Positions 1 through 11,018 of a DNA stretch of 64,000 nt are shown one piece after another. Source of the DNA: an uncultured Bdellovibrio sp. (GTDB lineage Bacteria > Bdellovibrionota > Bdellovibrionia > Bdellovibrionales > Bdellovibrionaceae); assembly GCA_963932905.1 (NCBI GenBank), contig CAWVRN010000003.1, positions 160,001 through 224,000 on the forward strand. Direction: 5' to 3'. The notes beneath the pieces are model-generated. The model was not told the DNA's origin. It did not search any database and saw only the letters and a list, made by a program, of their open reading frames with translations. The stretch's first letter is position 1, and every line of letters starts with the position of its first letter. The translations under genes and the position numbers were made by a program.

Positions 1-1280
1 CATGGACGACGGATGCTACTCCTCCCAGCGCACCAAGCCTAGTGCCCGACGTTATTGTGGGAACATCTCGATCTAGCAGTATCACGTTTACGTTTTCTGG
101 CTTCGATTCAGGATCAAACGTTGATAGCTATCGATGCTTACTGGATGGCGTAACCGGATGGAACCCATGCACAAGTCCGAAAACATTATCGGATTTAAAG
201 GATGGCCGTCATGTTTTTGAAGTCAGCGCTGTTGACAAAGCAGGTAATGTTTCCCAGTCGACGAAATACACTTGGGATATAAGCACCGTTACTTACACAG
301 CGATTGCCAACGGCGGAAATCATGCCTGCGGCTTAACATCAGATAAAAAAGTAAAATGCACAGGTTGGAATGGCTTTGGAGCTCTGGGTATTGGCATTTT
401 TGACAGTTACGAAAGTGGCGGAATTAAAACAGTGGACGTTCTTAACCTATCAAACAATATAGTGGCTGTCTCCGCCGGCAACTATCACAGTTGTGCACTG
501 ACTTCCGCTGGTGACGTAAAATGTTGGGGTGACGCTATCGCAAATGGCACAGCAGCTAAAAGTTCTGTTCCTGTTAATGTTCCGGGATTGAGTGGAATCA
601 AAGCTATTTCTAGTGGTGGTAGTCATACGTGCGCCATCACATCAGATGACAAAGTAAGATGTTGGGGCAGCAGCACGTTCGGTGAACTTGGCAATGGATC
701 GACGGCAAGCTCCGCAACACCGGTTGAGGTCAGTGGTCTCACGGGTGTTAGCTCGATCTACACGACGATGTGGTATTCATGCGCTATTTCTGGTGGGCTT
801 TTAAAATGTTGGGGTAATTTAAATGGTCACATGTCTGGCAGTGATTCCTCGGTGCCTGTCACAGCCAGTCCACTTTCAGGTTTAAAATCAGCGTGTTTAG
901 GCACCAACCACACCTGTGTTATTGGTTCCGATGATAAAGTTAAATGCTGGGGCGATAATAGCAAAGGCATGTTGGGCAATGGAACCACAACAAGTTCTAG
1001 TACGCCTGTTGATGTATCGGGTCTTGGTACTGTCAAAAGTATTTCGTGCTACACCGGCACCACATGCGCCATTACGTCAGACAACACTGTAAAATGTTGG
1101 GGTGATAACTCTCTTTATCAATTGGGAAATGGGACCACAGCATCATCAAGTGTGCCCGTCGCATTTAAAACGAGTGAAATTAGCTCAGCAGCCGCTGTCG
1201 GTTCTGGTCCACTGTACACGTGCGCTTTAAGGACCAATGGCTATGTGACATGCTCGGGAAATATGTTGGCGGAGTGGTAA
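1..1280 (+). CDS. RCC1/BLIP-II repeat beta-propeller protein with preceding Ig-like domain (5' partial)
   Basis: Repeated 'HTCA....VKCWG.N..G.LG.G.T..S..PV.V.GL' units; Ig-like 'DGRHVFEVSAVDKAGN'; frame stays open to the window start. Confidence 0.85.
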   Translation, partial: WTTDATPPSAPSLVPDVIVGTSRSSSITFTFSGFDSGSNVDSYRCLLDGVTGWNPCTSPKTLSDLKDGRHVFEVSAVDKAGNVSQSTKYTWDISTVTYTAIANGGNHACGLTSDKKVKCTGWNGFGALGIGIFDSYESGGIKTVDVLNLSNNIVAVSAGNYHSCALTSAGDVKCWGDAIANGTAAKSSVPVNVPGLSGIKAISSGGSHTCAITSDDKVRCWGSSTFGELGNGSTASSATPVEVSGLTGVSSIYTTMWYSCAISGGLLKCWGNLNGHMSGSDSSVPVTASPLSGLKSACLGTNHTCVIGSDDKVKCWGDNSKGMLGNGTTTSSSTPVDVSGLGTVKSISCYTGTTCAITSDNTVKCWGDNSLYQLGNGTTASSSVPVAFKTSEISSAAAVGSGPLYTCALRTNGYVTCSGNMLAEW

Positions 1281-1498
1281 TCCAGGTTGCCTTATTTCCC
1301 CCTTTTGTCGACACAAGCAGCGTGAAACAAATAGGAAGTTGATATTGAAGGCGCAATGATAATGTAAAGTTTCTATACACTATTTTAGAACCATAGTATT
1401 TACCTATGGAATATATATAAATTTCAAGAATTCCCCTACTTCGCATTCTCATTTATATTCCATCCCGACCTTAACAATTCAAAACAAAAGGAGATATT

Positions 1499-1924
1499 AT
1501 GAAAGGTTTAGTTAAATTAATTTTAGTTTCTGGATTCGTTTTCGCCCACGCTTCACTGGCTTCTGTTTATTACAACACAGCAACAGTAACCTTAAAGGCT
1601 GGCAAAGAAAAACGTTACTACGATGCAGCTGTTCAGCATAATGTGGTGATCGAAACGGTAAAAGAAGCCGGCAACCTAGGCTACACTTTACTTCCAAATC
1701 GAAAAAACCTTAAAGAAGTCGTATTCAAAGAAATCTGGAAATCAAAAGCAGACCTAGATGCTCACTTGGGCGCACCTCACATGTTGGCGTTTTTCAAAAG
1801 CGTAAACTTTGACCCAGCATTATACGACATTGCACCTCAAGGCAGCGCTCTTGTTTTTACGGCTAAACCAAGTTCTAAGAACATCGTTATCGAGAAATTG
1901 GTTCTTGATGGCTACCAAGATTAA
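1499..1924 (+). CDS. Secreted ABM (antibiotic biosynthesis monooxygenase)-like dimeric alpha-beta barrel protein
   Basis: Signal peptide; 'EAGNLGY...EIWKSKADLDAHLGAPH' motif; AGGAG RBS. Confidence 0.7.
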   Translation: MKGLVKLILVSGFVFAHASLASVYYNTATVTLKAGKEKRYYDAAVQHNVVIETVKEAGNLGYTLLPNRKNLKEVVFKEIWKSKADLDAHLGAPHMLAFFKSVNFDPALYDIAPQGSALVFTAKPSSKNIVIEKLVLDGYQD

Positions 1925-1971
1925 GAAAATCATTTCAACGTATTCACAATATAAATTCTAAAGTAAGTCGA

Positions 1972-2005
1972 GTTCAAAACCGATCATAGCGACTCGGTTT
2001 TGAAC
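1972..2005. terminator. Hairpin between convergent genes (probable bidirectional terminator)
   Basis: gttcaaaaccga...tcggttttgaac 12-bp inverted repeat. Confidence 0.55.
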
Positions 2006-2022
2006 AAATGTTACCTAGCTAG

Positions 2023-2925
2023 TTACGGTTTAATATTAATAATTTTGCCGATAGCGCCAACGATCGATTCGATCTGCTGTTTAAACAAAACGTCAGCATT
2101 CGGTGCCGGTATGTTCGCAAAGATTTGATTTAAAGTATCCGCTAATCTTAAGCCTGAATAAAGAACCCGCGCATCTAAGTATGGTAGATTCAATGCCTGG
2201 TAGCGAGCTTGATCTTTGTTGTACATTTGATCGTATGTTTGCGCACGCAATGCAATCGATTCGTTTAACCAAGTTTCTAAACTTGTTTGTTGATATACGA
2301 TTCTAGCCCGATGGGCTCCCTGAGCTAAATACTGAGCATAAACTAAACTAGCCTGCTCTAAAGTCATTCCGGATTTGATAATGTCTTGGTGACCTGTTTC
2401 GATCATTCCGTAATCCCAAACTCCATGAAGACTCATCGATGTTCCGAACCAAGCGACTTGAATTTTAGTCGCACCGCTGTCTTGTGGGCGACCTGTGTGA
2501 AGAGGCTGATGAATATCACCAATAAAATGAGTTATAAATTTCAAAGCGTCGGTCTTGTCCCATTTCGTCGCAGAAGGTGATCTTAAAATATCTTGGCAAA
2601 CTAAAATCACTTGAACCACACCACCTAAAGCCCGTTGTTCTTTGGGCATAGCTTGCAAATTTTTTAAATAATTAAATCCGTCAGCGATTTTTTCGAAATG
2701 ATACCAGTGAGTTGCCTGGTAGGTATTGCCTGATTTGATGCTGTCAGCCCAGTTGGCAACATCGGCTAATGATTGCTGACCTAGTAATTGATTAATTGCC
2801 ATTTTAGCTTGTGGAGTTAAATGGGCATCAGCGATTAAACCAGAGGCTCTGTGACCCAGATCACCCCAACCGAATGAAACCAAAGAGAACAACATGCTGA
2901 ACAACATCGCGATTATTTTCGTCAT
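2023..2925 (-). CDS. S1/P1 nuclease, secreted
   Basis: WGDLGH after signal peptide, WADSIK, WYHF, HFIGDIHQPLH, LHGVWD zinc motifs; start taken at MTKII. Confidence 0.92.
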   Translation of the reverse strand: MTKIIAMLFSMLFSLVSFGWGDLGHRASGLIADAHLTPQAKMAINQLLGQQSLADVANWADSIKSGNTYQATHWYHFEKIADGFNYLKNLQAMPKEQRALGGVVQVILVCQDILRSPSATKWDKTDALKFITHFIGDIHQPLHTGRPQDSGATKIQVAWFGTSMSLHGVWDYGMIETGHQDIIKSGMTLEQASLVYAQYLAQGAHRARIVYQQTSLETWLNESIALRAQTYDQMYNKDQARYQALNLPYLDARVLYSGLRLADTLNQIFANIPAPNADVLFKQQIESIVGAIGKIINIKP

Positions 2926-3129
2926 TTTTACGCCAATTTTATAGGGGTTATTTGTATGCAATAATTTGTCTATCAGCAGACAGCATAAGGCAAGAATTAA
3001 AACCGCATTAATTGTCCGGTGTCTAAGACTTAATCACAAAATTTCTAAGCTCAACAATTATATTCTGTTATGTCCGGGCCTACTTTTCGCAGCTACCGCC
3101 ATCTTGACAGAAAACAAACGGAGCCTCCC

Positions 3130-4266
3130 ATGATTTCAACAAAAAATACGTTAAAATCCCTACTTTTAATTTCGTTAACTGCATTGTTAGCAATACGTAG
3201 TTCGGCAAAAGATTTTGAATTGGATGTTCTGCCTCAGGCCGAGCACCCTAATTTCATTTTGACGGATATGATCGGACAAACCTATTACGACGTCGTTCAC
3301 AACAAAATTGCTCATGCCATGGAAGAAGAAGGCGCCATTCGCGGTGGCGACAACGAAAAGAAATTGCGAACTGGTGGTGGTGTATCGGTTTATCTGGCTC
3401 CCGCGATTTACAATATTCACATCAATTTCCCAAAATCTGAAATGGGTGGCCGAAGCTACGGCTGGAACCACGGCAAAGTGGGTGACTGGTCTGATTCTAT
3501 GTACTTAAGAAGCCTTGCTAAAGTAACTCAAAAATCCAGCGAACAAGAAATTTCGGACTTCTATAGAGTCATAATTAATATTTTAGGTTCGTCCGATTCT
3601 AGAGGTATCAGCACACTGGAACCAGACGCCATTCGAGTGGCTACAAACTATTTGGCCATTCACACAGCAGAGCAATATCGCCGTATTCAGAAAAATACGA
3701 CTCGTTGGGATGACGCCCTATTACAAGTAACGTTACTTGCCGCGTTTCACAGCGGACAAGAGCGATTCCAAATGTTTTATACGGGTGACTTCACAGATGT
3801 AGTGCGCAAAAAAAACCCTGGTGTTTACGCCAACGGCCATGAAGGCGTCTTGTTCAATAATGCTAAATCAGAACGCGCTGATCTTGAATCTTACCACCAA
3901 TTTTCAGGTAAAACCCCAGATCAAAAAGGTTCAAATAGATCAGGAATTAACCTAACTCGTAAAGATTTCGAACGAATGGGACAGGAAATCACAAGCTATT
4001 TCGAAGCTACCGGAAGTAAAAACCTAGACGCCATCAAAAAAATCGTGGGCTACCGACCAAACAGAGATTCTAATATCATTGCGGCAATTGCTAAATACTA
4101 TTGCGAGGGCTTTGCAAAATCAAAAGATACGCAAGCCTTGGCAGCAGCGGTATCGGCGTTCATGATTGAAACTCGCGATCACGCCAACGAAATTACAAAA
4201 GTAGTCGCAAAGCGAGTTCATCAAGATTCAGCAGCCACTTCGTGCCTAAGGTTCTACACCCACTAA
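3130..4266 (+). CDS. Secreted hypothetical protein
   Basis: Long ORF, signal peptide from MISTK, C-terminal CLRFY motif. Confidence 0.7.
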   Translation: MISTKNTLKSLLLISLTALLAIRSSAKDFELDVLPQAEHPNFILTDMIGQTYYDVVHNKIAHAMEEEGAIRGGDNEKKLRTGGGVSVYLAPAIYNIHINFPKSEMGGRSYGWNHGKVGDWSDSMYLRSLAKVTQKSSEQEISDFYRVIINILGSSDSRGISTLEPDAIRVATNYLAIHTAEQYRRIQKNTTRWDDALLQVTLLAAFHSGQERFQMFYTGDFTDVVRKKNPGVYANGHEGVLFNNAKSERADLESYHQFSGKTPDQKGSNRSGINLTRKDFERMGQEITSYFEATGSKNLDAIKKIVGYRPNRDSNIIAAIAKYYCEGFAKSKDTQALAAAVSAFMIETRDHANEITKVVAKRVHQDSAATSCLRFYTH

Positions 4267-4395
4267 GGGCAACCACTCCTGTCGACGTTACCGGTTTATT
4301 ACAAGGATGAAGCCGTTATTTGGATAAATAAAACGATGTAATGTTGACTCTGGCCGATCTTCTTTACTACTCTCTTGTGCATCGAGGGGGATTCC

Positions 4396-5484
4396 ATGAT
4401 TGGCCGTATTTCATTTTTGATTTTCGCAGTGTTTTTAATTTTAAACCCAGCCCAGGCGGATGAACGCGTTCTACCTATAGCAACGCTACAGAAAATGGGT
4501 TATCGTCCGTTTAATTCATTTCCTCATTATCGTGGTCAACGCCGAGTGCGATCGGAACTGCCGACGGGTTTAAAATGGCCCGTTCAGTTTGTTGATGCCT
4601 CTCGCACGATCGCGCAAAATTATGTAAATTACCAGCAGTATGGTTCGGCCCTGCCTTATTATCACAAGGGTTGCGACCTGCGATCCCCACCTAATTCCGT
4701 GGTGACGGCGCCCGTTACAGGCGTTTTGGAAGCTGGTTATTACAGTTACTCTGACAGTCCAGATGGTTCTGAAGTTAAACATTGGATTCCATGGAACGGC
4801 AAAACTCACGATGATCCCTATTTTGAATTAGCAGTTGTCACCGCCGATGGTTACCGCTTTGAAATGCATCACGTGGATTCTATGAATCTACCAAAAGAAA
4901 CGATTCAGGCATTAAACAAAGGAAACGTTGTTGTTCAGGAAGGCACCGTCATCGGCCGAGTTCTTCCTTGGGGCGGCAATTATGATCACATTCATTACAA
5001 TATCTTTCGTCAAGATGGCGTGATTGTAAATCCAGAGGCGTACACTGTTTCACCGGTGGACCATATTGCTCCAAAAATTCATGGTGTTTATGGGGTTCGC
5101 GCGGATGGAACTGTTGTTGAACTTATAAACGGCGGCACGACGGCTCCATTGCAACAAATTATCGTCGCCACAACAGAAACTCGAGATAACAACATCTATG
5201 TTCAAACACCTCCCTATGTTGGAATTCAATTTCAGACTCGTGAGATGTTTGCTTGGGATTTTAGAAAAGTAATCATGGGTCCCGATAACAAATGGCCTGA
5301 TATTCGTCAGGTGTTTGTGACAAAGCTAAAAACTCCAAGTGGCAAAGTTCTTTCGACAACCGGTCAATACGGCAAAGGACTATTCCTAATGCGTTTGGTG
5401 GTGCCTGCGTCGCGTGGGCCTTTCGCGATTGCCGTGTCGGATACAGCAGGAAATACAACGCGATTTACCGGCGTCATGCAGTAA
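4396..5484 (+). CDS. Secreted M23-like metallopeptidase
   Basis: Signal peptide; HKGCD (HxxxD) and HIH motifs; 'VTAPVTGV'. Confidence 0.7.
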   Translation: MIGRISFLIFAVFLILNPAQADERVLPIATLQKMGYRPFNSFPHYRGQRRVRSELPTGLKWPVQFVDASRTIAQNYVNYQQYGSALPYYHKGCDLRSPPNSVVTAPVTGVLEAGYYSYSDSPDGSEVKHWIPWNGKTHDDPYFELAVVTADGYRFEMHHVDSMNLPKETIQALNKGNVVVQEGTVIGRVLPWGGNYDHIHYNIFRQDGVIVNPEAYTVSPVDHIAPKIHGVYGVRADGTVVELINGGTTAPLQQIIVATTETRDNNIYVQTPPYVGIQFQTREMFAWDFRKVIMGPDNKWPDIRQVFVTKLKTPSGKVLSTTGQYGKGLFLMRLVVPASRGPFAIAVSDTAGNTTRFTGVMQ

Positions 5485-5741
5485 GAACTGGCCCCTTAGC
5501 CTGCGGCTACGGCCAAGTAAAATATCGTCAAATCAAGTGAATTTAAAACGTGCTATCTAAAATCCAGAAAGATCCAACACGCTCGCTTTTTTGAGGGATC
5601 GAAACTCGAATGTATTACGAGTTAATTCGGATAATAATTTTTTTTTGAAAAACTGTTTCAAGACAGCGCTTTTAAATTTCAGCTAAACAACTGTCTTTCC
5701 AATAGATTTTAGCTTCTTAGCCGCAAGCTAAGGAGCCAGTT

Positions 5742-6029
5742 CTAGTCACCTAAATCAAAAAGAACGACTTCATTTGGTCCGGGAAGATGTTCTGTATCCA
5801 GACTGTCTTCCGAATAGTCCTCGAATTCCTCGAGGGTATAAATACCCTCTACGATAAAACGTTTGATATCAATCGCCTTAAGTGCAGGATCCAAGCTTCT
5901 AATTTTTTGGGTAAATAAATCTCTCGCTTCTTTGGTCGATTTAGCCCAAACAGAAACATGTCCTTCAAGATCATTGTTCGCAATACTAAATGCCACCACA
6001 AAGATTGGCTTTTTTTCCTTTTTTTTCAT
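5742..6029 (-). CDS. Hypothetical protein
   Basis: ORF with acidic C-terminus; start uncertain. Confidence 0.5.
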   Translation of the reverse strand: MKKKEKKPIFVVAFSIANNDLEGHVSVWAKSTKEARDLFTQKIRSLDPALKAIDIKRFIVEGIYTLEEFEDYSEDSLDTEHLPGPNEVVLFDLGD

Positions 6030-6149
6030 ACCAATGCAGCTTACACGATTTTTAAAATCCGCCATAGCAAAATTGTTGACCAAAGTAAGGCTTAGTAATC
6101 CAATCGTAGCATGCGACCTCCAAACTCTAACGACAATAAAAAAAAATCA

Positions 6150-7700
6150 ATGTTAGTATACATCGTCGCCTCCCTACTGTTAGGCCTGTCACTTTTTGTG
6201 AGGGTCTATAACCTTGATGGGAAATTCTATTGGATTGATGAAGTTTCGAGTTCATTTGCAATCACGGGGCATTGGCCAGAACATATCGAGCAGCAGCTGA
6301 GCCAAAAAGTTGGTCAGATTATTTCAATCGGGCAATTTCAAGACTTTTTAGAGCATAAACCTATATCTGACACCGGACCATTGGTATCATCGTTGTTAAA
6401 ACGCGATCCGCAACACTCACCGCTCTATTTTATCTTAGCTCAAAAGTGGGCGACTATTTTTGGCGCTAGCCCACAGAGTCTACGAATGGCTTCCGCTTTT
6501 TTAAGTTTCTTAGGCATACCCATTTTCGTATGGCTATGCATTGAGCTATTCGGATCGTTACTGGCGGGCATGGTAGGACTAGGTATTGTAGCCATTGCCC
6601 CATTTCCCGTTCTATTCAGTCAGCAAAACAGAGAGTACGGCATGTGGTTCACTCTGTGCGCCCTTTCCACGGTTATTCTGCTGTTAGCAAATCGAAAAAA
6701 CACGTATCCCTACTGGGTCGCTTACGGTTTTTCTGTTGCTGTGAGTTTGTACACATTTTTATTTTCTCTTCCATTCTTGGTTAGTCATCTATTATTTCAA
6801 CGGATTGAATTAAAGAAATATTCTGACTCAAGATTTCGAAGGTTTATTATTGCCTTTTCTTTAGGAATTCTGGCTTACACGCCATGGCTGATAAATATAT
6901 TTATAAATAGAGAACAAGTATTAAGGTTGAACGATTGGTCCTCAAAATATCTAGATCCCGCCATTTATCTTCAAGGTCTTCTGCTTAACGTATCAAGGCT
7001 ATTTGTAGATTTCGGATTACCTTCATTTAAGCCCCTGCCATGGAAACATTTGGAATTGTTGTTACCAATTTTAATAGCCGTAGCTATCGCAATTACAAGC
7101 TTATCCCTATCAGCAAGACGTCTAACTCATTCAAAACGGATTCTTATTATTTCGATGTTTGCCATTCCAATTTTATTTCTTTTTTTGATGGATATCGTTG
7201 CAGGAAAAGGTATACACGCACTTGTTGCGAGGCAGCTAATGCCGTCATGGATGGCAATCTATCTGTCTGTGACCTTTTCCGTAACCTTCGGATTGAATTC
7301 AAAATCTTTTACGAAAAATGGATTCGCATTTGGTGCACTAATCTTGGTTCTGATATTTGAAACTATTTCGATGATGTCCTATTTGCCAGAGCGACAATGG
7401 TGGACATTAAAACCGAAACCCATTTTTAATGACGTCCTTGTGATTGAATCTACAAATCCAGATTTGTTGATTGTCACGGAATCAGAAATCGAGCTCAAAG
7501 AATTTCTTTCCATTGGCTACAGTTTAAAGCCAGAACTCCCTTTACTGGCACTTAACGAAAACGACATCCTCCCTAACTTAGACAAATTTCAGAAAATAAC
7601 TCTTTACCACCCTAGTCAGCGACTATTAGAAAAAATTAAAAGTAATTTCGCTACAGAAGAGATTTCCAAAGAAATTTGGCTTGTACGTAGCCGGTTCTGA
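6150..7700 (+). CDS. GT-C fold glycosyltransferase (family 39/PMT-like), polytopic membrane protein
   Basis: 'YWIDE', 'QHSPLYF', 'SLRMASA', 'SQQNREY' motifs and many TM helices. Confidence 0.8.
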   Translation: MLVYIVASLLLGLSLFVRVYNLDGKFYWIDEVSSSFAITGHWPEHIEQQLSQKVGQIISIGQFQDFLEHKPISDTGPLVSSLLKRDPQHSPLYFILAQKWATIFGASPQSLRMASAFLSFLGIPIFVWLCIELFGSLLAGMVGLGIVAIAPFPVLFSQQNREYGMWFTLCALSTVILLLANRKNTYPYWVAYGFSVAVSLYTFLFSLPFLVSHLLFQRIELKKYSDSRFRRFIIAFSLGILAYTPWLINIFINREQVLRLNDWSSKYLDPAIYLQGLLLNVSRLFVDFGLPSFKPLPWKHLELLLPILIAVAIAITSLSLSARRLTHSKRILIISMFAIPILFLFLMDIVAGKGIHALVARQLMPSWMAIYLSVTFSVTFGLNSKSFTKNGFAFGALILVLIFETISMMSYLPERQWWTLKPKPIFNDVLVIESTNPDLLIVTESEIELKEFLSIGYSLKPELPLLALNENDILPNLDKFQKITLYHPSQRLLEKIKSNFATEEISKEIWLVRSRF

Positions 7701-7884
7701 CATAAAACAGGTTTGTAAAACCGGACCTTCCATTGCATGGCAATCACACGTTATCAACTCCTTTCAAAAGAAAAAAAATCCTTATGGAGTGTACACAGAT
7801 GTGAACAGAAGTACGGTGATAACAAGCCATCTCTTTGACCCAACACTGCCTCCCAGTTACGACAGTCATCAACAAGGAGATACT

Positions 7885-8277
7885 ATGAAATTTGTTTTCG
7901 CATTTATTTTATTACTAACAGCAATCGCTTTTTCTGAACCATTTGAGGCGTCACAGATTCCAGCAGAGACACCACGACCATTTGGTGCATTCACTTATGG
8001 AAACTATCTTTACGTTACGATTCCTGGTGATTGCAACAAACAAGGCGCACATCTGGAAGTCAGTAGCCTTTGCAACAAAAACCGCTTAACTCGCAATTTA
8101 GCACTCAGCTGCGAGGTTAATTTAAATATTGTTTCCACGCTGATGTACTGCACGACTATGGTACACGCCCCAAAAGTCTTTATGTTCGATTTAGCTAATG
8201 AACCAATTGCGCCCGAAGCCCGCGAACTTGTGATTCAGAGTGGAAGTCATTCCATCACTGTACCCGTAAATCGCTAG
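7885..8277 (+). CDS. Secreted Cys-containing hypothetical protein
   Basis: AGGAG RBS before MKFVFAF signal peptide; 'GDCN', 'TLMYC'. Confidence 0.65.
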   Translation: MKFVFAFILLLTAIAFSEPFEASQIPAETPRPFGAFTYGNYLYVTIPGDCNKQGAHLEVSSLCNKNRLTRNLALSCEVNLNIVSTLMYCTTMVHAPKVFMFDLANEPIAPEARELVIQSGSHSITVPVNR

Positions 8278-8326
8278 TTGATATCATCCTAGTGTAGGGT
8301 GATAATTGCCTATACTAGGAACGACT

Positions 8327-8746
8327 ATGCCACTATTTACAGTGATACTTTTGTTTACATCCATCACATTTGCACAAAATCTGGTTCCAGGTATATGGAA
8401 AGCAACCGTAAGAGTAAAATTACTTGGCATTCCGCTGCCCACCAATGAACAGAAGGAATGTGTACGCCCCAAAGATATTAAAAATATAAAGACTGTAGTT
8501 TCAGAGGCGCTAGAAAAAAATGGTTGCAAGTTAAAAGAATGGAAACTTAAAAAGCAAAAATTAGATGCTCAGATTCAATGTAAAACCGAAGACCTAGATG
8601 CGGCCGGAAAATTGACTGGCACAATCAAAGAAAAGAGTTACGATCTGGCCGGCACTGCCGAAGGCTACTACCAAAGTAAAATCCCAACCAAGGCCGAAAT
8701 CAGCCTAAAAGGCGAATGGTTAGGCTTTTGCTCTGAAAAATATTAG
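8327..8746 (+). CDS. DUF3617-like secreted protein
   Basis: 'PGIWKAT', conserved Cys pattern, terminal 'GEWLGFC'. Confidence 0.65.
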   Translation: MPLFTVILLFTSITFAQNLVPGIWKATVRVKLLGIPLPTNEQKECVRPKDIKNIKTVVSEALEKNGCKLKEWKLKKQKLDAQIQCKTEDLDAAGKLTGTIKEKSYDLAGTAEGYYQSKIPTKAEISLKGEWLGFCSEKY

Positions 8747-8821
8747 TCATCGCCCCTTAAGCGAAAAATCATAGTTTCGCCTGAATTGACATATATCTCA
8801 AATATATAATAAAATTACGTA

Positions 8822-8840
8822 GTATATCTTAAAACGATAC
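8822..8840. promoter_or_regulatory. Putative LysR box GTAT-N11-ATAC upstream of the lysR gene
   Basis: gtat atcttaaaacg atac; T-N11-A core; second copy at 9741. Confidence 0.55.
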
Positions 8841-8861
8841 AAAAAAATACGGAGGGTATTT

Positions 8862-9746
8862 ATGAGCCCATGGATCAATTATCACCACCTTTTTTATTTC
8901 AAAACCATCGCAGAAGAGGGCACTGTCTCTAAGGCCGCTGAAAAACTTCGCGTCGGACAACCCTCTTTGTCCGCGCAATTAAAGCAATTTGAAGCAACGC
9001 TCGGAGTGCAACTTTTCGAACGGCAACATAAAAAACTCATCCTTACCGAACAAGGCAAAGTCGCGTTAGACTATTCCAAAAGTATTTTTCGTATGGGGTC
9101 TGAAATGTTCGAAGTTTTACATGATCGCCTTAAGCCTTTAAAACCTTCGCTTCACCTGGGCGCTTTGGATAGCGTGCCGAAACAGATCGTCCTCCAGCTC
9201 GTTAAACATGCTTTCAGAATTTCGCCCTGCCAAATTACGTTATCTGAAGGTAAACCAGACGAGCTTTTGAGAGAACTCACTGCTCATCGAATGGATCTCA
9301 TGGTCACAAACTTCTTGCCTAGCGGAATAGACGCCAAGGGGCTCTACCCAAGATCTATCACAAAAAAGAATGTGGCCATTTACGGGGCCCCGAAATTCAA
9401 ATCACTACGAAAAGGTTTTCCAAAATCTATTTCCGGGGTTCCGATGATTTTACCAACTTATGATAGCCAGTTGAGGCAAGATTTAGACCACTGGGCCAAA
9501 ACTCATCAGATAGAACTTAATATAGTGATCGAAAGCCAAGACATCTCGGTCAAAAAACTTTTGGCCATAAATGAAATGGGTCTAGTGGCCACGGCTACAC
9601 ACACCGTCACAGGACAGATTTTAAGAGGCGAACTTATCGAGATTGGTCAACTGAAAGGCGTTTACGAAGAACTGTATCTCCTGACGGCACAACGGAAAAT
9701 TGAAAACCCTATCGCGGCCAAACTAAAGTCGTCATTTTTAGTATAG
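8862..9746 (+). CDS. LysR-family regulator (NhaR-like)
   Basis: 'WINYHHLFYF..IAEEG.VSKAAEKL..GQP.LSAQLKQFE' HTH plus substrate-binding domain. Confidence 0.9.
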   Translation: MSPWINYHHLFYFKTIAEEGTVSKAAEKLRVGQPSLSAQLKQFEATLGVQLFERQHKKLILTEQGKVALDYSKSIFRMGSEMFEVLHDRLKPLKPSLHLGALDSVPKQIVLQLVKHAFRISPCQITLSEGKPDELLRELTAHRMDLMVTNFLPSGIDAKGLYPRSITKKNVAIYGAPKFKSLRKGFPKSISGVPMILPTYDSQLRQDLDHWAKTHQIELNIVIESQDISVKKLLAINEMGLVATATHTVTGQILRGELIEIGQLKGVYEELYLLTAQRKIENPIAAKLKSSFLV

Positions 9747-9759
9747 TTAAAATGAATAC
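9741..9759. promoter_or_regulatory. Putative LysR box GTAT-N11-ATAC upstream of the baeRF operon
   Basis: gtat agttaaaatga atac; same spacing and A-rich flank as the 8822 copy. Confidence 0.55.
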
Positions 9760-9860
9760 AAAATAGAGTTATTATATATTTTAATGATTCAGTATTACTC
9801 CGTAGACTCGTTGTTAAGTGAGAGCGTTATGCTTGCACTTCTATCAAAAGGAGGATACGA

Positions 9861-10985
9861 ATGGTCACTTCAAAACAGAATGCTTTAAAACCACTTCTCG
9901 CTTCGAGAGACGGTGTGCACCTGACAGCTTATTTGGTCAATCGCGCAGACTTGATTGATATTAAATCACAGCTAAGAACAGCCATCGAAGAAGCCAATGA
10001 ATGGCTTTCTCCAGCAATGACCGACGACGACAGGAAGAGGTTTCTTGAACCTCTCGAATCACTACTCGCAGATGCGAGTGTGTTTCGACAAATGAAAGGC
10101 AACATCGGACTTTTCCGAAACGAAGTCTCGTTTCGAATTCTAAATATTCCCGTAGACGTTGAACCCAGTTGCCAAGTAGCCACCAGTTTTCATGTTAAGC
10201 CCCTCCTTAGATGGCTACAAGGTGATCAAGATTTTATCTTTTTAGGGTCAGAGAAAAACAAAGCCCACCTCTATTTTGGAAATCAAGACTCGTTTAAATT
10301 GATCGAAACGATTTGGTTTGACGGCGCCTCCTCACCCAGTTCTTCGAAGCCCAAGACCACACAAGCCGGAAAAATAAAAAAAGAAAATGTACATGTTTGG
10401 TTAAACGATTGGATTGACGAACTCACAAAGAAATCTAGACCAAAATTATTTTTGGCGGGAGATAAAAAAGTCATTCAGTCAGTATGTAAGCATGTAAAAT
10501 ATAAAAACATAATTACTACGCCAATATCTAATATATATATCGACAGTCTTTCCATTAAAGCGTGTCAAACCATTCGTAAAGTTCTTAAAAGTGATTCCGC
10601 AAAGTCACTAGAACGAGCATTACTTGAATTCAGATTTGCCGAAAGAGGAAATCGAGTTAAAAAAAATATTTTTCAAATTTCCAAAGCCGTGGTCCAAGGC
10701 AAAGTTCGAAAACTCGTTGTCACCGACGAGCTCAGCATTTTCGGTAAAATCGATCTAAAATCCGGCGGCCTCGCCATTCATCCTTTTGACCTCGATCACG
10801 AGGACGATTGCATACTCGATGATTTAGCTCAACTAGTTTTAGGCCAAGGCGGAGAAGTTATTGTCGCCAAACGAAATGAAATTCCAAATGGACGCCCCAT
10901 ACTGGCCATTTTAGATGATGACGATGAAAATATAGAAAAGATGGAAGACTTTCACTATCGAGATCTCGCGGAACGCTTTGGGTGA
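9861..10985 (+). CDS. Bacterial aeRF1-like (baeRF3-type / Balon-like) protein
   Basis: 'VATSFHVKPLL', 'AVVQGKVRKL', 'DDCILDDLAQLVLGQGGEV' motifs; no GGQ motif. Confidence 0.75.
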   Translation: MVTSKQNALKPLLASRDGVHLTAYLVNRADLIDIKSQLRTAIEEANEWLSPAMTDDDRKRFLEPLESLLADASVFRQMKGNIGLFRNEVSFRILNIPVDVEPSCQVATSFHVKPLLRWLQGDQDFIFLGSEKNKAHLYFGNQDSFKLIETIWFDGASSPSSSKPKTTQAGKIKKENVHVWLNDWIDELTKKSRPKLFLAGDKKVIQSVCKHVKYKNIITTPISNIYIDSLSIKACQTIRKVLKSDSAKSLERALLEFRFAERGNRVKKNIFQISKAVVQGKVRKLVVTDELSIFGKIDLKSGGLAIHPFDLDHEDDCILDDLAQLVLGQGGEVIVAKRNEIPNGRPILAILDDDDENIEKMEDFHYRDLAERFG

Positions 10986-11018
10986 AAACATATACAGATT
11001 CAAAAAAAGGAGTTAAAT